The notes beneath the pieces were generated by a model. The model had not been told where the DNA came from. It searched no databases and worked only from the letters and a program-made list of their open reading frames with translations. 41,134 nucleotides of DNA from Myxococcales bacterium (GTDB lineage Bacteria > Myxococcota_A > UBA9042), in the NCBI GenBank assembly GCA_037441385.1, contig JBBISH010000051.1, positions 1 to 41,134 on the forward strand. The letters run 5' to 3'. The position numbers and the translations under genes were made by a program. Of the stretch, positions 34,510 to 41,134 are shown one piece after another. The stretch's first letter is position 1. Each line of letters starts with the position of its first letter.

Positions 34510-36929
34510 AGGGGCCCTTGTCTGCCAACGCGACTGCGCGCGATCTGCACCGCCTCACCGTTGACGACAGTCCGGTCGACGAGACGCCCGTCGTGGGCAG
34601 CCGCCACGGCCGCGTCGACGCGTTGGACCTGCTGACCGGCGTGGGCAAGTATGCCGACGATTTGGTGCTGCCGCGGATGCTGCACTGCAAGATTCTGCGC
34701 AGCCCCCATGCCCATGCGCGCATCGTGAACATCGACACCAGCGCCGCCGAGGCGATGCCGGGGGTGCACGCGGTCATCACTGGCGCGGATCTTCCGATGC
34801 GCTATGGCGTCATCCCGTGGACGCAAGACGAGTACCCGCTGGCACTGGACAAAGTCCGCTATGTGGGCGACGCGGTGGCGGCGGTGGCGGCGAGCAGCGA
34901 AGACGTGGCCAAGGCGGCATTGGCGCGAATCGCGGTAGAATACAAGGTGTTGCCGGCCATCACCGACCCGCGCGAGGCCCTGACCCGCAGCGACGTGAAA
35001 ATCCACGAGGAGAACAAACACGGCAACATCAGCAAGCAGGTGACGCTGGCTTTTGGCGACGTGGACACGGCGCTGACGCAGTCCGAGTTGGTCATCGAGG
35101 GCGACTACCAGTTCCACGGATCGACCCACGCGGCCATCGAGCCGCATTGCGCGGTCGGTCATGTGGACGGCCGTGGGCTGCTGACGGTGTGGTCGGCGAC
35201 GCAAGTGCCGCACTACCTGCACCGCGAGTTGGGGCGGGTGTTGCAGCGGCCCAGCCACGCGATTCGCGTCATCCAACCGCCGGTGGGCGGCGCATTCGGT
35301 GGCAAAAGCGAGCCGTTTGATCTGGAGTTCTGTGTGGCCAAGCTGGCCGAGCTGACCGGTCGCCCTGTCAAGTGCCTGTATACACGCGAGGAAGTGTTCT
35401 TGGCCCACCGCGGTCGCCACCCGTTCCAGATGCACTACAAGACCGGCTTTGATCGCGACGGCCACATCTTGGCCGTGGACGGCAAGTCGCTGCTCGACGG
35501 TGGCGCCTATTCGTCGTTTGGGCTGGTGACCACCTATTATTCTGGGCAGTTGCTGGGCTCGCCGTACACGTTCCCGGCCTACCGCTTTGACTCCACGCGC
35601 GTGTACACCAACAAGCCCTGCTGCGGTCCCAAGCGCGGCCACGGCTCGGTGCAACCGCGGTTTGCCATCGAGGTGCAGCTGGACAAGGCCGCAGTGGCGC
35701 TGGGCATCGATCCGATCGAGCTGCGGCGCCGCAACTTCATCGGCGAAAACACCCAGACCATCGGCGAATTTCACATCGGTTCCAGCGGCTTCTTGCAGTG
35801 CCTGGACCAGGTTGAGCACGCGTCGGGGTGGCGGCACAAGCGCGGGCAGCTGCCCAAGGGCCGCGGCCTGGGCGTGGCCGGCTCTACCTACATCTCGGGC
35901 ACCAACTACTGCATCTACCCCACGGAACTGCCACAGAGTGCTGTGCAAATCTGCCTGGATCGCTCGGGCCGTGTCCGCGTGTTCGTCGGGACCAGCGAGA
36001 TCGGCCAAGGCAGCAACACCGTGGTGGCCACGCTGGCGGCGGACGAACTGGGGGTCGAGCTGGAGGACGTGCGGGTGCTGGCGGCCGACAGCGACCTGAC
36101 GCCCGTGGACCTGGGCGCCTACTCGTCGCGCGGCACGCTGATGGCCGGCAACGCTTGCCTGGCTGCGACGCGCGAGCTGGCCACTAAACTGCGCGAAATC
36201 GTGTCTGAAATCTGGAACTGTCCGGCGGGCGACGTGGGCCTGGCCCATCGCAAAGCCTTCCGCCTATCGGACGCGACGGTGTGGATGCCCATCCAAGAGG
36301 CCTTCATCCTGGCCGAGTCCAAGCTGGGAACTCTTGGCGCGGTGGGCAGTTACAAGACTCCGACCCAGAACGTTCACGGCGACTACCGCGGCGGCACTAT
36401 CGGCGCCAGCCCGGCCTACAGCTTCACCGCCCACGTGGCCGAGGTCGAGGTCGACGAAGAAACGGGCGATGTCACGGTGCTCTCGATCTGGTGCGCGCAC
36501 GACTGCGGGCGAGCGCTGTCGCCGACCTTGGTCGAAGGGCAGATCGAGGGTTCGACGTACATGGGCGCCGCCGAGGCCCTGATGGAGCACCACCGCGTGC
36601 TGCCCAGCGGACTGCGCACGGATGGCCAAAAACGCGACACGGGGCCAGGGGTCGAGGGCTTGCTGGCGGCGAGTTCGCTGCTGGACTATCGGATGCCGAC
36701 CAGCATGGATGTGCCGGAATTATGTGCGCTGATCGTCGAGCGACCCGACCCCCGTGGACCGCGCGGTGCCAAAGAAGCCGGCGAAGGGCCGCTGCACAGC
36801 TCGATCCCGGCCATCGCCAACGCGGTGTTCGACGCCGTGGGTGTGCGCATCGACGACCTGCCGATCACCCCCGAGAAAGTGCTGGCGGCGCTCAAGCGCA
36901 AGGCCAGCCAGACCGCGGAGGTGCGCTGA
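34506..36929 (+). CDS. hcrA: Xanthine-dehydrogenase-family molybdopterin subunit, 4-hydroxybenzoyl-CoA reductase alpha-like
   Basis: ILRSPHAHARI, EYPLALDKVRY.GD, TQVPHY, GGAFGGK, AHRGR, CGPKRGHG, GAYSSR and AKEAGEG. ATGA-coupled to the Fe-S subunit gene. Confidence 0.8.
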   Translation: MKGPLSANATARDLHRLTVDDSPVDETPVVGSRHGRVDALDLLTGVGKYADDLVLPRMLHCKILRSPHAHARIVNIDTSAAEAMPGVHAVITGADLPMRYGVIPWTQDEYPLALDKVRYVGDAVAAVAASSEDVAKAALARIAVEYKVLPAITDPREALTRSDVKIHEENKHGNISKQVTLAFGDVDTALTQSELVIEGDYQFHGSTHAAIEPHCAVGHVDGRGLLTVWSATQVPHYLHRELGRVLQRPSHAIRVIQPPVGGAFGGKSEPFDLEFCVAKLAELTGRPVKCLYTREEVFLAHRGRHPFQMHYKTGFDRDGHILAVDGKSLLDGGAYSSFGLVTTYYSGQLLGSPYTFPAYRFDSTRVYTNKPCCGPKRGHGSVQPRFAIEVQLDKAAVALGIDPIELRRRNFIGENTQTIGEFHIGSSGFLQCLDQVEHASGWRHKRGQLPKGRGLGVAGSTYISGTNYCIYPTELPQSAVQICLDRSGRVRVFVGTSEIGQGSNTVVATLAADELGVELEDVRVLAADSDLTPVDLGAYSSRGTLMAGNACLAATRELATKLREIVSEIWNCPAGDVGLAHRKAFRLSDATVWMPIQEAFILAESKLGTLGAVGSYKTPTQNVHGDYRGGTIGASPAYSFTAHVAEVEVDEETGDVTVLSIWCAHDCGRALSPTLVEGQIEGSTYMGAAEALMEHHRVLPSGLRTDGQKRDTGPGVEGLLAASSLLDYRMPTSMDVPELCALIVERPDPRGPRGAKEAGEGPLHSSIPAIANAVFDAVGVRIDDLPITPEKVLAALKRKASQTAEVR

Positions 36930-37933
36930 TGCTGCGCCTGCCCCCCCTCGACGTCGTTGTGGCCGGTTCGCTGACCGATGCCCTGCAGCAGCTGACCACC
37001 CAGCCGGCAGCCCGGCCGCTGCTGGGCGGGACCGACTTGGTCGCCAATCTCAAGACGGGCCAGACCAAGGCCAAGACCCTGGTGGCGCTTGGCCATTTGG
37101 CGGATTTGCAGGGCGTGGACGCCAGCGGCGAGGTCGTCCGCATCGGCGCCGCAGTCCAGTTGGCCGAATTGGCGCGCGATCCCGACATCCAGGCCCTGTT
37201 CCCCGCCCTTGCCTACGCAGTAGGTAGGATCGCCTCGCCGCAGATCCGCAACGCCGGCACGCTGGGTGGCAACCTATGTCTGGATACGCGCTGCCGTTTC
37301 ATCAACCAGAGCGACCTGTGGCGCGAGGCGTTGGGCGGCTGCCTGAAATCGCACGGCAAGGAGTGTCACGTCATCCCGGGTGGCGGCGGCTGCGTGGCGG
37401 CGCTGTCGGCCGATAGTGTGCCGATTTTGATGGTTCTTGGCGCCGAGGCCGAGATTGCGCGTCTGCAGGATGGCGCACTGGTTACCCGACGGACGCCGCT
37501 TGCGGAACTCTACGACAGCGACGGTCGCAGGCATGTACGTATTGCCGATGGCGAATTGCTGGTCGCGGTGCATGTGCCCAAGCTGCCGGCCGGGGCGCGT
37601 GCAGTCTACCGCAAGTGGGCGGTGCGGCAGAGCATCGACTTCCCCTTGGTGTCGGTGGCGGTGCGCGTGGACTTGGACGGGGCCGGCAAGTTGCGCCAAG
37701 GCAAGGTGGCGGTGGGCGTTTTAGGCCCGCGCCCGCGCCTGTTGACCTTGGAGCGCTGGGCGGGCCGGGCCATCGACGAAGTCTTGGCCAAACAAGTGGC
37801 GCAGCAGGTCTTTGACCGATCGCACCCGCTGCCCAACGTCTTGTACGACCACGAATACCGCCGCGAGCGCTTGCGCGTCGAGGTGCTGCGGGCCCTGCGC
37901 ACGTGGATTGCGCCCGCCGAGTCCGAGCGATGA
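36929..37933 (+). CDS. hcrB: FAD-binding subunit with extra [4Fe-4S] insertion, 4-hydroxybenzoyl-CoA reductase beta-like
   Basis: GGTDL and IRNAGTLGGNLC-LDTRC..INQS..WR...GGCLK..G..CHV......C (the HcrB/PaoB-type cluster insertion); RQSIDFP. Confidence 0.82.
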   Translation: MLRLPPLDVVVAGSLTDALQQLTTQPAARPLLGGTDLVANLKTGQTKAKTLVALGHLADLQGVDASGEVVRIGAAVQLAELARDPDIQALFPALAYAVGRIASPQIRNAGTLGGNLCLDTRCRFINQSDLWREALGGCLKSHGKECHVIPGGGGCVAALSADSVPILMVLGAEAEIARLQDGALVTRRTPLAELYDSDGRRHVRIADGELLVAVHVPKLPAGARAVYRKWAVRQSIDFPLVSVAVRVDLDGAGKLRQGKVAVGVLGPRPRLLTLERWAGRAIDEVLAKQVAQQVFDRSHPLPNVLYDHEYRRERLRVEVLRALRTWIAPAESER

Positions 37934-39189
37934 GAATCGTTTTCAAAACCTGCTGGTTCGCTTTGGCAGCGGCGGGTTTGCTCGCCTGCTCGCCCGCCAA
38001 GCAGGCCGCCAGCGGCGACGCCAGCAGCCACCCCAGCGACGTCTTGGTGGTGGGCGGTTTTGCGTGCACCTCGTGCGTGGCCGACGAAGACTGCGGCAAG
38101 GGCCGGATCTGCTCGCAAGTCTTTGGCAGTTCGTGGTGCGCGGATCCCTGCGGCGACCTGTGCCCAGGCGAGCTCATCTGCAAACAAGTGCAGTCGTCGA
38201 GCGGCGTTGGCGCGGAAGTCTGCGTGCCGGTCTTGAACCCGTGCACGGTGCCCGACGAACCGGTTGGCCAGCCAGCCGACAGCGGTTTGTTTTTTGATCC
38301 CAACGATATCCACATCAGCGAACTGCCGCCGCCGCAGCCCGTGGCCGCGCTGGATCTTTTTGGCGTGACCAAGCTGAGCCGGCTGGAGTTCGCCGTGGTG
38401 GGAGACACCCGCCCAGCGTTCAAGAATTACACCAACTCGTACCCAACCGCTGTGATTACACAGATCTATCAAGCAGTGGCCGCAGAGAATCCGCCCGCAG
38501 CGTTTGTGCTCACCACGGGCGACTTCCAGTTCAGCGCGGCCGACAAGGCCGATATCGCCAACGCCCAGTTCGACAAATACCTAAGCGCGCGCGCACTGTA
38601 CCCCGGCACGGTGCTACCCGTCATCGGCAACCACGAGTGCACCGGCGCCACCGACTCGAACTGCGGTCCAGGCAGCAAAGACGGCTCTCCGCCGCTGTAC
38701 CAAACCTATCTGAAGCGGATGCTGGAGCCGACCGGCCTGCCCACGCCGTACTACGTGGTGCGTTTGGCCGCCGAGGACGAGAGCTGGACCGCCAAGGTCG
38801 TGGTCATCGCCGCCAACGTCTGGAGCGCCGACCAAGCCGAGTGGCTGCAAGGCGTACTTCAGTCGCCCACCACCTACACGCTGGCAGTGCGGCACGAGCC
38901 GCGGGCGGCGACCGAGGCGCCAGGTGTGGCTCCAAGCAACGCCCTGCTCGACAAGTACCCGTTGACGCTCCTCATTGCCGGCCACACCCACACGGCCGCC
39001 TGGCACATCCCGCAGCGCGAGTTGGTGGTGGGCAACGGCGGTGCACCCGCCAACGGGACCATGCCGTACGGCTACGCGATGATCCGCCGCCGCGAGGACA
39101 GCGCACTGCAGTTCGAGGTCTACCACTACCAGACGCACGCGACGCTGCTCAAAGGCGCCGTCTGGCCCACGGGCACCGTGGCTCCGTAG
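37930..39189 (+). CDS. Lipoprotein metallophosphoesterase (calcineurin-like) with Cys-rich N-domain
   Basis: Lipobox GLLA-C; C..C..D.DC...C...C...C module; VGDTR, TGDF, IGNHE, RHEP and AGHTH metal-binding motifs; ATGA overlap with the hcrB-like gene. Confidence 0.85.
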   Translation: MRIVFKTCWFALAAAGLLACSPAKQAASGDASSHPSDVLVVGGFACTSCVADEDCGKGRICSQVFGSSWCADPCGDLCPGELICKQVQSSSGVGAEVCVPVLNPCTVPDEPVGQPADSGLFFDPNDIHISELPPPQPVAALDLFGVTKLSRLEFAVVGDTRPAFKNYTNSYPTAVITQIYQAVAAENPPAAFVLTTGDFQFSAADKADIANAQFDKYLSARALYPGTVLPVIGNHECTGATDSNCGPGSKDGSPPLYQTYLKRMLEPTGLPTPYYVVRLAAEDESWTAKVVVIAANVWSADQAEWLQGVLQSPTTYTLAVRHEPRAATEAPGVAPSNALLDKYPLTLLIAGHTHTAAWHIPQRELVVGNGGAPANGTMPYGYAMIRRREDSALQFEVYHYQTHATLLKGAVWPTGTVAP

Positions 39190-39357
39190 AAACGCGACCA
39201 ATTAATAGGTATCTATTCAGCAATTGCCTTGCTCGGTCGCGCCTCTAGCCCCAAGTGGGGCGCCAACGAGGGCCTGCCGCGACTCGCCGCGCCGAGTTCG
39301 ATGGTTCGGACGTGCCGAGAAAGTCTGTAATTATCCGGTCTTTATCGCGATCAACAC

Positions 39358-41133
39358 CTATTGGCCGATGACCGCAAAATCATCGATGAACGGACCAGCA
39401 AAGCCGTTCTGATACTGGTCGGCAGTATCGAACTTCCAGCGTAGATTGACGGACTTGCCCGCAAAATCTGAGACGTCGATCAGCCAGAACTGCCACGTGT
39501 TCGGCTTGTCTTTGTTTACCACGAACGTCGTGGTGTTTTCGGTGTTGCACAGGTTGTTGGCGTACGGACAGGTCTGGTTGGCGGCGCACGCACAGCCGGC
39601 AAAGCCGTCGCTGGAGATCTGCAGGTAGGTGCGGTCGTTGCAGCCCTGGACGTTCTGGCAAGGCAAGTTGGCCTCAACCGACTGATTTTCCCAGAACTTG
39701 ACGTACACCTTCTTCTTGCCGGTCAGGTCGATCTTGCTCGACCAGGTGGCGGTGCCGCCGTTGGCTTTGGGATTGCCGGTGCTGCCCACCGCATAGTTGG
39801 TGCCGTTGTTGTAGTTCAGTGTGCAGTCGCCGGTCTTGGCGGCTGGCGCGGCGGGCGTCTTGTCGATGGCCCAGACGGTGGCGCCGTCGGATTGGGCGAA
39901 CAGCCAGTTCTTGGATGTGCAGGCCATGTCGTCGGCGGCGAGGACCGGCAGGCACTCGGTCTTGCCGCTGCAGGCAAAATCGGCGCAGTCCGTCTTGCCG
40001 TTGCCATCGTTGTCCACGCCGTCGCTGCAGTCGGCCTCGGCCGCGTACGACGCCTCAAGCTTGACGTTGTCCAGGTACACGCCGATGCCCAGGTTGCCCG
40101 AATCCGTGAGCGCGCCGGCCGTGATCACCAGACTGACCTCGATGCGGACCTTCTTGTTCTTGGCTTGCGGCATGTCGATTTTGTAGCCGGTCTTCCACTT
40201 CTTGATGTCGTTCGACGTCAGCGGCAGGCTCCACGACGCCAGTTCTGCATTGTTGTTGCCCGCGTCCAGCAGCCGGATCCGCGGCGCGGCAAAGCCCGCC
40301 TGCCAATTGGGCGGCACGTCCACGTCGTAGTAGATATCCATAAAGAACGTGGGGTTGAGGCCTGGCGCCCCGGTCAAGTCGATGACGGGCGAGGTGGCCG
40401 TGCCCTTGGGAAGCTGGCAGTACTGCTGACCGCCCAAGGCAAAGCTGTCGCAATAGTTCTTGTCGTTGTTGTAGTTCAGCGTGCAGGTGGTGTTGCCGGG
40501 CACGCTGGCCAGTTGGTCCACGGCCCACTTGACCTTGCGCGCCGGCATCCAGTTGGCGTCCGCCGCGGGGACCGCCACCGTCCAGGCGGTGGGGGTGGTG
40601 CAGTCAAAGGCGTCGTTGAACAGGGTGCAGGCGTCTTGCGGCACGCAGGTGCCGACTTTGCACGAACTGGCCGCGCTGCAGGCCAAGCCGTCGTCGCAGG
40701 GCGCGCCGTCGTTGCCGGGCAGGTAGGTGCAGGCGCCGCTGGTACTATCGCAACTGTCGATGGTGCAGGGATTCTTGTCGTCGCACTTGGGGGTGCTGCC
40801 GGCGTTGCACACGCCAGCGCTGCACGTCGAGCCGCTGGTGCACGGGTCGCCGGTGGCACAGGCCGCCGTGTTGTTGGTGCTGGTGCAGGTGCCGTTGGCC
40901 GGGTCGCAGACGTCGTCGGTGCAGACGTTGCCGTCGCTGCAGACCTTGGGTTGGCCAGAGCACTTGCCCGCGGCGCAGACATCGCCCAACGTACAGGCAC
41001 TGTTGTCGTCGCACGCGCCCCCGCTTTGCGGCGTGGCGACGCATTTGCCGGTGCTGGCGTCGCAGGTGTCGGCAGTGCATGGGTTCTTGTCGTCACAGGC
41101 CACGGGCAAGCCGTTGCATTTCAGGCCATTGCA
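39358..41133 (-). CDS. Cys-rich repeat surface/secreted protein, 5'-truncated by the window edge
   Basis: Repeated CDDKNPCT.D.C / CDDN.ACT..D.C modules, CSDGVDNDGNGKTDC.D..C and two related beta-rich C-terminal domains (WAVDQ...CTLNYNN / WAIDK...CTLNYNN). The frame is open to the window end. Confidence 0.85.
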   Translation of the reverse strand, partial: CNGLKCNGLPVACDDKNPCTADTCDASTGKCVATPQSGGACDDNSACTLGDVCAAGKCSGQPKVCSDGNVCTDDVCDPANGTCTSTNNTAACATGDPCTSGSTCSAGVCNAGSTPKCDDKNPCTIDSCDSTSGACTYLPGNDGAPCDDGLACSAASSCKVGTCVPQDACTLFNDAFDCTTPTAWTVAVPAADANWMPARKVKWAVDQLASVPGNTTCTLNYNNDKNYCDSFALGGQQYCQLPKGTATSPVIDLTGAPGLNPTFFMDIYYDVDVPPNWQAGFAAPRIRLLDAGNNNAELASWSLPLTSNDIKKWKTGYKIDMPQAKNKKVRIEVSLVITAGALTDSGNLGIGVYLDNVKLEASYAAEADCSDGVDNDGNGKTDCADFACSGKTECLPVLAADDMACTSKNWLFAQSDGATVWAIDKTPAAPAAKTGDCTLNYNNGTNYAVGSTGNPKANGGTATWSSKIDLTGKKKVYVKFWENQSVEANLPCQNVQGCNDRTYLQISSDGFAGCACAANQTCPYANNLCNTENTTTFVVNKDKPNTWQFWLIDVSDFAGKSVNLRWKFDTADQYQNGFAGPFIDDFAVIGQ

Positions 41134-41134
41134 G

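Noticed and set aside
39190..39357. AT-rich convergent gap with CGCGACC/GGTCGCG inverted repeat and TATCCGGT (39332-39339) resembling the MITE end
   Set aside because: Only 8 bp match, with no convincing partner TIR or target duplication; at most a decayed remnant.

Overview
GC-rich bacterial chromosome segment, most likely from a Myxococcota/deltaproteobacterial lineage (inferred from the Cys-rich 'CDDKNPCT.D.C' repeat protein, PEGA, DUF4139 and FHA proteins, and a sigma54 two-component system). About 28 CDSs are supported. They are: a hisG-hisC(+HAD fusion)-hisB operon; a large unknown lipoprotein; a five-gene minus-strand run (LeuA-like synthase, double-RCK membrane protein, PEGA protein, hypothetical, ElaA-type GNAT); a DUF4139-type lipoprotein; a sigma54-type multiheme cytochrome cluster (CbcL-like cytochrome c/b fusion with 7 CxxCH, a triheme, a dodecaheme, a histidine kinase, an NtrC-family regulator and a small monoheme cytochrome; 23 CxxCH in total) preceded by six TGTC-N9/10-GACA-like boxes; a fibre-like secreted protein; a HAD plus ATP-grasp pair; a trypsin-like protease; pabB-pabC; a MopB molybdoenzyme; an exported FHA protein; a 4-hydroxybenzoyl-CoA-reductase-like hcrCAB operon; a metallophosphoesterase lipoprotein; and a truncated Cys-rich surface protein. 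The most notable non-coding signal is a nest of miniature mobile elements. A 138-bp structured element occurs twice (6157-6294 and, inverted, 28183-28320). One copy sits inside the terminal inverted repeat of a second MITE-like element that has a 10-bp target duplication, and an uninterrupted 'empty' version of that end is visible at 86-100. No rRNA, tRNA, CRISPR array or transposase was recognised. All family assignments come from motif recognition by eye, not database searches.
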